Origin: Alistipes sp.
GTDB lineage: Bacteria; Bacteroidota; Bacteroidia; Bacteroidales; Rikenellaceae
DNA: 47,145 nucleotides
NCBI GenBank assembly: GCA_017559425.1
Contig: JAFYSI010000068.1
Coordinates: 1-47,145, forward strand
Direction: 5' to 3'
Made by a program: the position numbers and the translations under genes. Below are positions 38,372-47,087 of this stretch, piece by piece (the stretch's first letter is position 1; every line of letters begins with the position of its first letter). The notes below the pieces were generated by a model. It worked only from the letters and a program-made list of their open reading frames with translations. It had not been told where the DNA came from and did no database searches.

Positions 38372-39133
38372 TTACTGTGCATTATCATTGAGCTCCTGCT
38401 CGATATCGATAGACTCTACGAGTGTCTCGTTAAGAGTGATGTTGAGCGTTGCACTACCAGCAGTCTCAACGTCGAACTTCACGGTGTAGAGTGTCTGGGC
38501 CTTGACATCGCTCTGCTTAAACTCTAGCAAGGTGACTGTAACACCCTCCTTACCCGATTGTGCCGCCTGCTTAACAGCAGTACCAACAACAGAGAACTCT
38601 GCTGGGGCGATGAACAACAACTCCTCCTGAGCTGTTACGTCGAACTCGTTGCCCGCAGCGGTTGTAAGTGTGAAGGTGTGGCCCGCAGCAAAGTAACGCT
38701 CGAAGTTCTCAGTGGTCTCGACCTTGACAACGGCGTTGGCGATTGTCGCTGTGATGGTGACATTGGTGTTGGCACGAGGCTCAACAGCAAAGGTCTCACT
38801 ACCCTCGAAGGCAACACTGCCGAAGCCCTCCTTGCGAACGTCACCAGCCTTCACTGAGGCCTTGTACGAGCCGAAGTAGAGGTAGTTGTCCTCGAACTCA
38901 GCGATAGAGGCGTACTCAGCCTTGTAGTCGCGGCCACCCTCAATTGTAAGGGCGAAGTCTGCCCACTCAGGGGTTGTGCAGCTGATGTTGGCACGAGTAT
39001 CGGCAACCTCAGCGGATGTCACGAGGCTGATGTCAACTCGTCCCTTGCCCTGCTGCTCGCCCTCCTGCTCCTTCTCAGCACAAGCCGAGAGGGTCAGTGC
39101 AAAGAGCGATGCAATTGCAAAAAACTTTTTCAT
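38372..39133 (-). CDS. DUF4493-like lipoprotein (253 aa, single domain)
   Basis: Lipobox TLSAC, DTR/AN, GSYKASV..G...EGF...FEGSETFAV...ATIANAVVKV. Confidence 0.78.
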   Translation of the reverse strand: MKKFFAIASLFALTLSACAEKEQEGEQQGKGRVDISLVTSAEVADTRANISCTTPEWADFALTIEGGRDYKAEYASIAEFEDNYLYFGSYKASVKAGDVRKEGFGSVAFEGSETFAVEPRANTNVTITATIANAVVKVETTENFERYFAAGHTFTLTTAAGNEFDVTAQEELLFIAPAEFSVVGTAVKQAAQSGKEGVTVTLLEFKQSDVKAQTLYTVKFDVETAGSATLNITLNETLVESIDIEQELNDNAQ

Positions 39134-39160
39134 AACGTCTTGATTTATTTTAATTTATAT

Positions 39161-40963
39161 TTATTTCGAGATAGAAACCCTTATATTGTCGAGATAGACA
39201 TTCACCTCGGTATTACCCGTACCCGACGCAGTAGTGAGCGTAGGATAGAAGACAAGTCTCGTATCTGAAGTAGCAGGCATATCGCCGCTAAAAGTTGGGA
39301 AACTCTTACCAAAATCATTGTCGCCAGCGTTGTCTGCCAATTCTATATTTATGAAAGTTGTACCGAAGTCGGCAAGCGTAGTATTGTATGAAGAGGAAAT
39401 ACCTGTAGAACCCGTTGGGATACCATCAATGGGGTTCGAAGCATTTGTATGCGTTGCAACATTAATTTCACCTTTGGTAAGCGATAGTGAGCTGCTTGTG
39501 TGCTTATACAACGCAGCGTCGAAATCCACCTTGATGTTTACACTCGCACCAGGCTTGAGGCCTCGCGAGCCATTACCGAGTCGAGGGGTATCGAGACGAC
39601 CATAGTGGTACGATGCGAACGCCACAAAAATCTTTACGGACTGGTAACGTGAGTTGATACGTGCAGCACCTGGCTTAACCCAGATACGTGCACCATTCCA
39701 ACCCGACAGAGCACCACTAAGTGCAAGACCTGGCTGCTCACGCTCACTCGCTTCGTATTTGTTGTTACCATAGCTCTCCTGCTCCGTTGCATCGTTGAAG
39801 TCCTCGAACAAGAGGTAAGGGACATCGACGGGGGTGACATCCTGTGCAAAGTATGGTCGGAGAGTACCCAAGTTCACTGAGTTCTCGACAACTGCATTAT
39901 CTGTGTCGAAGACAAGAGTCCAATTTGAGTTATTATATGGAGTAACATCGAACTCGCCGTAGTACTCCCAAGTGTACTTATTCTCGGCATTACGATAGTA
40001 AGTACCCATATTGGTGCCATTATTATCGTAGAGTGTGAAGAAGTTGAAATCCTCGCCGAGGTAGTTCTTGCCAATCGAGAAGTTGAAGGCTGTATACTTC
40101 TCGAATGGAGGCATAGCCATACGGATAGGTGTGACGTGGCCACGACGGAGCTCACGCTCGAACGAGTATGTAGCAACCTCGGAACGCTGCTCAAGGCCAG
40201 TAATCTTGTAGCTCACATCGCCCGACACGGTGCCTGGAAGCACAAAGACCCAGATGTCGCTACCCACCTCGAAGCCCTCGGCACTAGCCACGGTGATGGT
40301 ATTAGAGGTGTTTGTGTAGGTAGGCTCGCCATTGGGGTTTGCAACGTCGAGGGTCACATCGCCCACAACAGCATTAGGGAAGGTAATCTCAAGGCGGTAT
40401 ACCCTACTATCGAAGTTCGAGGCCTTCTCGGGTACGGTAATCTTGAGGGCGTGCATCTGGTGACGCATCACAGTATTTAGTTCAACCTTCTTTGATGCTG
40501 TCAACGCCTCAGCCACGACAGGCTCGGCAATCATAATGTCGTAGCCACCCTCATACATACCCGACTGCACGGCAGGGAGCGTATAGGTAGCCTCGGTGCC
40601 AACAACGGCCTTAGGCTCTGGATAGCTGAGGTAGTAGGTGTACTCACCATCTGCCATCTCAGCGATGTTAGAGGTGAAGTATGCCTTGTCGTAGCTCTCT
40701 GAGTAGTAGCGGAGCATAAACTTGGTGTTCTCGAAGGCGAAGCCATCAGCACCCTCGGCCCATACATAGAGCCTATCACCCTCGCTCCAACGTGTGGTCT
40801 TGCCATCGTCAGCAATCGACGTACGCGTAGCATCGACAGCGAGCTCGAAGCCTACCTCGCCAATCTCGGCAGTGGCAGCAGAGGACTCCTCCAGAGGAGT
40901 ACTACACGCACCAGCAATCAACGCACATCCCACGAGAGAGGCAATCTTTGTAAAAATGTTCAT
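39161..40963 (-). CDS. Fimbrillin-family lipoprotein with C-terminal beta-sandwich domain
   Basis: Start moved to ATG 40963 (MNIFTKIASLVGCALIAGAC lipobox; TATCTTTG promoter at 40988-95 upstream); ATR/TS..DGK..WSEGDRL, SYP, LPAVQ, DIM, MRHQM fimbrillin motifs. Confidence 0.78.
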   Translation of the reverse strand: MNIFTKIASLVGCALIAGACSTPLEESSAATAEIGEVGFELAVDATRTSIADDGKTTRWSEGDRLYVWAEGADGFAFENTKFMLRYYSESYDKAYFTSNIAEMADGEYTYYLSYPEPKAVVGTEATYTLPAVQSGMYEGGYDIMIAEPVVAEALTASKKVELNTVMRHQMHALKITVPEKASNFDSRVYRLEITFPNAVVGDVTLDVANPNGEPTYTNTSNTITVASAEGFEVGSDIWVFVLPGTVSGDVSYKITGLEQRSEVATYSFERELRRGHVTPIRMAMPPFEKYTAFNFSIGKNYLGEDFNFFTLYDNNGTNMGTYYRNAENKYTWEYYGEFDVTPYNNSNWTLVFDTDNAVVENSVNLGTLRPYFAQDVTPVDVPYLLFEDFNDATEQESYGNNKYEASEREQPGLALSGALSGWNGARIWVKPGAARINSRYQSVKIFVAFASYHYGRLDTPRLGNGSRGLKPGASVNIKVDFDAALYKHTSSSLSLTKGEINVATHTNASNPIDGIPTGSTGISSSYNTTLADFGTTFINIELADNAGDNDFGKSFPTFSGDMPATSDTRLVFYPTLTTASGTGNTEVNVYLDNIRVSISK

Positions 40964-40987
40964 ATACAACTCATATAAATTAGGCCA

Positions 40988-40995
40988 CAAAGATA
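40988..40995 (-). promoter_or_regulatory. -7 element (TATCTTTG) of the DUF4493/PCMD operon
   Basis: TAnnTTTG 24 nt upstream of ATG 40963; -33 element weak. Confidence 0.55.
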
Positions 40996-41052
40996 ATCGA
41001 AACTTTCTCTCGGGAGAAATAAATTCAACGAACACGACTATTTGTAACACAG

Positions 41053-41090
41053 AAAAGGGACTATCGCACCCATTTGGCACGATAATCCCC
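41053..41090 (-). terminator. Intrinsic terminator after the BACON-like gene
   Basis: Minus strand GGGATTATCG...CGATAGTCCC followed by TTTT. Confidence 0.7.
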
Positions 41091-41129
41091 CATTTCTAAG
41101 GACCAAAGTTTAACTATTTGGCCTTTTTG

Positions 41130-43433
41130 CTATCTTTTCTCGAAGGCTACTCCACGCTCTCGAACGAGCCTCTCGACGACAGCTACACCCTTGTTAGGAG
41201 CTGCTGGGTCGAGGTAGGTGTGGTCTTGAGCCGAGCGAGTAATCTCGCCGAGATAGTAGTCCACGAACTCCTGAGCATCGCCCGCACCCTCGCGTGTGCA
41301 GATGAAACGCTCACGATACACAGGACTTGGGTTGCCCGCCTTGTCGAAGGCTACTGCGGCAATCATCATCTCCACATCCCACTGGCCACGGAAGTAGGCT
41401 GGCGACCAGTTAGCACCCACGTTGTAGAGGTTGTCGATAAGAGTATTATCGCTAAACTACTCAGGGTCCTCCAAGCCCTCCTGATAGGTGAAGATGGTGT
41501 AGAGGTAGCCACCGTAGTCGCCATCGATCTCGACGCTCATAGGTAGAATCACCTGACCCTGATAGTTGCTGAAGTACTGAGGGTTGATGGCATAGACCTC
41601 GTCGCCATCGTAGTAGGCATCGAAGCCTGCGGTGATACGGATGTCGGCAATGACAGCCTCGGCAGTGGTGAAGTAGCCACCCTCACGCATCGAGCCAGTA
41701 TAGGCGAAGCGGTCGGCGTGCATAGGGATGATAACGATCTTGTAGTCGGTATCGGGCGTGAGCTGCGAGAGGCGGCTCTCGACCTTGCCCTGTGCGAGCT
41801 CGTAGTAGCTGAACTCCCAGTAGTCGCCATAGTAATAGCCCTTGAGCGAGTTCTCGATGTAGGCCTTCACCTCATCCTCCGTAGCATCGGCCTCGAAGAC
41901 ATTCCAGTAGTACCAGATGCTGTAGTCCGAAGGGTTGATAGTGACGCGAGCCTCGCGGTCGTCGATGTCGCTAATCTCGATGTCGTAGATGCAGGCATCC
42001 ACAGCACCCGGCTTGAGGGTTGTGATATCCTCGCGAGTGATCTTCGTGGTGAGCGTACCGGCCTCATAGCCAAAGAGCAAGACGGCATACTCGGTGTCGG
42101 CCTCCATACCGCTGAACGTACCCTCGATGTCGCCCTCGAAGATGTAGTTGTAGAGGAACGACGTGCCGTAGTTGTTGAGGATATGTTTGAAGATTGCCTC
42201 GTCGCCTCGTAGCTTTGTGAGCTCCGACGCTGGGATGGCAACGATGGCGTATGGGTCGTTGTTGGTGGTCGAAATCTTGACGTAGAATGTCGACTGGGTA
42301 ACATCCGAGAGCTCCATAGAGAGCTGGTTGTCGGATGGTGGGATTGTGCCAATCTCGAACTCCGCGAATGAGACCTCACTCAGACGCTCGCACTTCTCGT
42401 TCCACTTGCAGGCAAAGGCAATATACTTGGTGTTGGCCATACCCTCGAACTCGTAGGACGTAGCCAGGTAGTCGGTGTTGTACTCAAAGGTCTCGCCGAG
42501 GGTGTACTCCCAGTAGGCGTAGTCCTCGACCATATCGGCAATTACCGCATCTGCAGCGACGTTGATATCCTTCGCGTAGAGGGTCTCGAAATCCTCATAG
42601 GTGATGAGGTTGTTGTAGTAGGCCACACCCTCGTGCGATGGGGTGATGGCGATGTGGGCAATGGCACGCTCTACGGTGATGTCGAAGTCGAACGTAACGT
42701 CGTTACCCTGGTAGGGGGCAGTCGTGGTGAAGGCCTCGGAGTAGATAGATGTGGTCTTCTCGCCCACGGTGTTCATACCGTAGACATAGACTACATACTC
42801 CCACTCTGGGTCAAGACCGTTCATACGCAGTGACGAGTGTGAACCCTTGCTAAGCGTAGTGGTGAGGTACTCCTCGAGCGACACGCCACCCTCCTCGGCC
42901 ATAGCGTAGTAGTAACGTAGATCCTCGTCGAAGATATCCTCCTCGCTCATAGCATCGAACCACGCCTTGTCGACAATCTGGCCTATCCAAGTGGTCTCCT
43001 CACTGAGTGTTACGACGCTAAACGTAACAGCCGTAGCCTCCACCCTATCGACCGTAATGACAAGAGGTGCTTCCCACGCCTGCTGGCTGAGTGTCAATGT
43101 CTTAGTATCGTTGCCATAGCCAAGCGTAAGCTTTGTAGTACGCTCATTGGCAGTATCGTTCTTAGCCACGGTAAGGTCGAAGAATGAGCCAGTGACAACA
43201 TCGACAGACACCCACTCGGCACTGCACGCCACCTCGAGCTGTACGCCCTCCGCGGGCTTTGCAATAGAGTAGTTAACACGGAGCGTCTCGCCCTCAGGCT
43301 GAGCCTCCAACGCCTCGACATAGAGCACGACATTGCTCGACTCTGTCGCGGGATCCTTCTCGCACGACACGAGCATAACTGCGAGTGCCACAACAGCTGT
43401 CAAAGCACCACGCATCAATGATAATAGTTTCAT
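41130..43433 (-). pseudogene. BACON/FN3-repeat lipoprotein interrupted by one in-frame TAG at 41457-41459
   Basis: Lipobox MLVSC, BACON-like (SAEWVSV...VAKNDTANERT), FN3-like repeats; frame continues EDPE*FSDNTLIDNLYNVGANWSPAYF... to the stop at 41130. Confidence 0.75.
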
Positions 43434-43453
43434 AATATGGTTAATAAAGTCTT

Positions 43454-43488
43454 TAGGCTGAAAGTTACGATGGGGAACTCTCAGCCTA
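43454..43488 (-). terminator. Hairpin between the two BACON-like genes
   Basis: TAGGCTGA...TCAGCCTA inverted repeat. Confidence 0.5.
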
Positions 43489-43510
43489 TAGATATTAAGG
43501 AAATTAGTGA

Positions 43511-45292
43511 TTAGCGCTTGTGCATCAGCTTAGCTGCTGGTGAGAGCGACTTGTTCTTAAGGCCGTGGTGAGCACCTCTCTTAGCGGCGAAAGTCTGTGC
43601 CTGGTTAGGGTCGACGCCTGTCCAAGAGCCGTAGATGTTGTTGCCAGCATCGTCGTAGGCATCAATCTCGATGGTGAAGGTAGTATCGCCATTGTTGGTG
43701 ATGTAGATGTCGCCCTCAACGAGTGGAGCATACTGTGTGAGGTCGGCATTGAAGTACCAGCTACCCTCCATATAGTCACCATTTGCATAGCCTGGGTAGG
43801 CAGTAAACTTCTCAAGGCTGTTGCTGATAACATACTCGCCTGAGAGCTCATACAAGCCAACATCGTTCGAGAGAAGGTCGAGCTGCAAGCCGTCACCAAC
43901 ATCGCCATTAGGCATAAGGTACAAAAACCAATTGTCATAACCTACGTCGTAGTAGTCACCATACCAAGTGTAGTCCATCGAGCAGCCGCTGAAGTTGCAG
44001 TACCAGTCCTCCCACAATGTTGAGAGAATCTCGTCGCTGCCACCGCCACCGCCAAACTCATCTGAGTAGTCTGCGATGTTGGTCACCACGCCCTCGAATG
44101 TCACGTTGTGGTGTGTGCCATCCTCGGCAACGAGGTCGGCAACGATGCCATCTGCATCGACGGTAAGAGTACCCTCGACGAAGTATATCTCCTCGAGATA
44201 GTCGTTGGCGTACTGATCCATAAGGATGTATCTGGTGAATGAAGCACCGATGGTGTTTGGCAGACAAGTGTCGTAGAGGTCGAATGAGTAGGTGCCGTGA
44301 GGGATTCGCAACTCGCCATCGACAACCTCGGTGTAGAGGTCGAAGAGGTAGTATGAAGCATCGGGAAGCTCCCAGCCATTCTCATCCAAGCCCAAGTCGC
44401 TGAGCACGATGGTGAAGTTGTCGGCAACACCTGGATTGTAGTAGTCGCCCATATAGTTTGCCACAGCATACTCTGCAGCAAAGTGTCGTGCCACATCATT
44501 ACCCGCACCGCGAGCATCGACAATAGCGAGGCTACCAGAGTAGGTCACGGTGTGCTGCACGCCACAGATAACGACAGTAAGGGTGACACCCTCGGCAGTC
44601 ACAACAAGGTTACCTGACTCGTAGTACTCGTTCTCCTCGACATCGGTAGCACCCGTCTTGTACCACTCTGAGTACTCGGCAGAGAATGTACCCGCAGCAG
44701 ATGAGTTGCTCGCGTCGAGCACATACTCACCAAGAGGGAGTGTGACATAGCCATCGCTCTGGCCGTCGAACAACTCGCCATAGAGGTCAACATAGTAGTA
44801 AGTAGAGTTTGGAAGGAAGTCCTCCTCGCCCTCGAAGCCATTGTCTGTCAAGCAGATGTAGTAGTTGCCATCCTCCGAGTACTCATCGCCAAAGTAAGAG
44901 CCTCGCAACATCTGAGCCTCGAAGACAACGCCCTCGGCACGCTCAACGCCCGACTGCTTAACGACAACCTCCTCAACCTGACCGAAGAGCTCAAAGCGGA
45001 TGACCGCCTCGCGAGGCTCACCCTCGTTCTTGGCTACAGAGAAAAGAGAGCCTTGGCCGCAGGCAATCCACTCAGCCTCGGTAGTGAGCGTTGGCTCAGC
45101 TGAACTGAGGCGAGTAACCTCCTGCCACTCCCACTCGATTTGGCCTTCGCCACCCTCTGCGGGGAACTCCATAACCTTGTTAGAGGTGATCACGAGCTTA
45201 TACTCCTTCTGTGCAGGGTTGTCATCAGGCTGCTCGGTACACGCTGCAAATACCAATGGTAGTGCAACGAAAAGATAGAATAGTCTTCTCAT
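43511..45292 (-). CDS. BACON-domain acidic lipoprotein with three repeated beta domains
   Basis: Lipobox VFAAC; FPAEGG...EAEWI...VAKNEGEPREA...VKQSG; LPLGEY, IPHGTY and LSGEY motifs. Confidence 0.78.
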   Translation of the reverse strand: MRRLFYLFVALPLVFAACTEQPDDNPAQKEYKLVITSNKVMEFPAEGGEGQIEWEWQEVTRLSSAEPTLTTEAEWIACGQGSLFSVAKNEGEPREAVIRFELFGQVEEVVVKQSGVERAEGVVFEAQMLRGSYFGDEYSEDGNYYICLTDNGFEGEEDFLPNSTYYYVDLYGELFDGQSDGYVTLPLGEYVLDASNSSAAGTFSAEYSEWYKTGATDVEENEYYESGNLVVTAEGVTLTVVICGVQHTVTYSGSLAIVDARGAGNDVARHFAAEYAVANYMGDYYNPGVADNFTIVLSDLGLDENGWELPDASYYLFDLYTEVVDGELRIPHGTYSFDLYDTCLPNTIGASFTRYILMDQYANDYLEEIYFVEGTLTVDADGIVADLVAEDGTHHNVTFEGVVTNIADYSDEFGGGGGSDEILSTLWEDWYCNFSGCSMDYTWYGDYYDVGYDNWFLYLMPNGDVGDGLQLDLLSNDVGLYELSGEYVISNSLEKFTAYPGYANGDYMEGSWYFNADLTQYAPLVEGDIYITNNGDTTFTIEIDAYDDAGNNIYGSWTGVDPNQAQTFAAKRGAHHGLKNKSLSPAAKLMHKR

Positions 45293-45377
45293 AATAAAAA
45301 TATGTTTATTTGTTTATTTGCTTGTTTATCTCATCACTATCGCTCTAATAGACCTATCGTGAGCGACTAACGTACGA

Positions 45378-45480
45378 CAAATATACAAATTTCCCGAGAT
45401 TTCTGCAACGTGACGAACCCCGAAAAGCACGATTTCCATTTTTTTTAGAAAACGACCCCTATCTGAGAGTATTATATTTG
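45378..45480. promoter_or_regulatory. Divergent -7 elements
   Basis: TATATTTG on the minus strand (45378-85) and the plus strand (45473-80). Confidence 0.55.
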
Positions 45481-45524
45481 CAGCGAAATTCAATTATTAA
45501 ACCCCAATATCAAATTCTAAAACT

Positions 45525-46559
45525 ATGACAGAGACAAAAACCAACCTTATCGAGGCATTGGGCGTTGACATTGCCGACCTCGAGCGTGAGATGAATGAGG
45601 AGGCACGCCACGAGCGTGAGATGATGACAGAGACAAAGAGCAGCCGATATCTCGAGCGTGTGAGCCGTGCCAGCGAGATGCTACAACGCGACTACTCAGC
45701 CTCGGACACCCTTCTCGACCCCATACTCCCGCGTCAGGGCGTTGTGGCCCTTGTAGGCTCGTCGGATTCGGGTAAGTCGTCGCTGCTGCGTGGCTTGGCG
45801 ATGGCCATCGTGTCGGGCAAGAGCGACTACATAGGCTTCCCGCTCAACACACGCTACAGGCGTGCGATGTACATATCCACAGAGGACGACGAGGCCTCGC
45901 TCTCGCGACTTATGCGTATGCAGATAATCGACTCCGAGCGTGAGCAGCTCGAGGGACTACACTTCATCTTCGACACCGACAATCTGCTCGAAACCATAGA
46001 GTTAGGCCTCGAGAGCAACACCCCCGATGTGGTCATCGTCGACGCCTTTGCCGACCTATACACAGGCCCTATGAACGAGAATAACCGCGTGCGTTCGTTC
46101 CTCAACGCCTTCTCGCAGCTGGCAGTGAGGTACAACACCCTCATCATCTTTCTGCACCACACGGGCAAGCGTACCGAGAGCCTCGCCCCGTCGAAGCATA
46201 ACGCCATAGGCTCGCAGGGTTTCGAGGCCAAGATGCGACTGATGATGGAGCTACGTCAGGACCCTACACGCCACGACATCAGACACCTATGCATCGTCAA
46301 GGGCAACTACCTCCCTCGCGAGTATAAGCACGACTCCTTCGAGCTACGCTTCACGCCGACGCTCAACTTCGAGGCTACGGGCGAGCGTGTGCCCTTCACC
46401 CTACTCAGGGAGCATAGCGAGGAGCGTGACCAGAGGGTCGAGCAGGCCCGTGCTCTGCGTGAGGAGGGAATGACCCTCCAGCAGATCGCCGACGTGATGG
46501 GGTATAAGACCAAGTCTTCTGTTTGCAAGCTTCTCAAGAGTCTTGATGTTGAAAGTTGA
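45525..46559 (+). CDS. RepA/AAA_25-like (RecA-fold) helicase/ATPase with C-terminal HTH
   Basis: Walker A GSSDSGKS, YISTED, Walker B VVIVD, LHHTGK, GSQGFEAKMR, VKGN; C-terminal GMTLQQIADVMGYKTKSSVCKLL HTH. Confidence 0.82.
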   Translation: MTETKTNLIEALGVDIADLEREMNEEARHEREMMTETKSSRYLERVSRASEMLQRDYSASDTLLDPILPRQGVVALVGSSDSGKSSLLRGLAMAIVSGKSDYIGFPLNTRYRRAMYISTEDDEASLSRLMRMQIIDSEREQLEGLHFIFDTDNLLETIELGLESNTPDVVIVDAFADLYTGPMNENNRVRSFLNAFSQLAVRYNTLIIFLHHTGKRTESLAPSKHNAIGSQGFEAKMRLMMELRQDPTRHDIRHLCIVKGNYLPREYKHDSFELRFTPTLNFEATGERVPFTLLREHSEERDQRVEQARALREEGMTLQQIADVMGYKTKSSVCKLLKSLDVES

Positions 46560-46854
46560 AAGGTTGAAAAACCCTATATCTGGAAACCTGGAAACTTTTT
46601 TAGAGTCCCAGTGTGTGACTGATGAGTGTCTATGGGTTTATATGAGTCAAATGATTATATATTAATTCATTATAACTCATAGTATCTCAGTAAGTATATA
46701 TATAGTTTACTATACCCCACTGACACTATAGTTTACTGTATCCCACTGACACTATAGTTTACTATACTCCACTGACACTATCACCTCTCTTTGACGAGGT
46801 TGAAAAGTTGAAAAGTTGAAATACATAGGGTTTTTCAACCAGGAAACTTTCAAC
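46548..46854. repeat. GTTGAAA heptamer clusters and 16-bp inverted repeat flanking an AT-rich core
   Basis: GTTGAAA at 46548, 46555, 46563, 46799, 46807, 46815; TTTCAAC at 46833 and 46848; GGTTGAAAAACCCTAT (46562-77) / ATAGGGTTTTTCAACC (46825-40). Confidence 0.85.
46701..46778. repeat. 3 x 26-bp tandem repeat
   Basis: TATAGTTTACTRTAYYCCACTGACAC at 46701, 46727 and 46753, no spacers. Confidence 0.92.
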
Positions 46855-46926
46855 ACACAGCAAACATAGCGAGTTCTGCAGAGAACTCGTCACCCCAACT
46901 TCCCTTTGGTTCTTCTACATCCAGGT

Positions 46927-47087
46927 AGAGAACTTAGTGAGGCTAAGGAATTTAGGGAGAGTAGGGAGAATAGAGAATTTAGGGAATTTAAGGAATTTAG
47001 GGAGAGTAGCAATAGCTCATCCTTAAACTCCTTAAACTCACTAAACTCCTTAAACTCCCTCAGCTCCTTACTCTCCTTACTCTCCTT
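46927..47087. repeat. Inverted array of degenerate 9-mer tandem repeats
   Basis: Nine AGGGAATTT-like units (46927-47007) followed by eight AAACTCCTT-like units (47016-47087). Confidence 0.9.

Noticed and set aside
17704-41459. Stop-codon reassignment explaining the two in-frame stops
   Set aside because: One is TAA and one is TAG, and both codons terminate many normal genes here (e.g. TAG at 23225, 25360, 34649, 36704).
719-46537. Numerous antisense and alternate-frame ORFs in the track (e.g. 719-1468, 23465-24463, 31754-32620, 32738-33751)
   Set aside because: They are shadows of well-supported genes with biased codon usage and have no recognisable motifs.
46701-46781. 26-bp repeats as a CRISPR array
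   Set aside because: Repeats are directly adjacent with no spacers, and there are no cas genes in the window.
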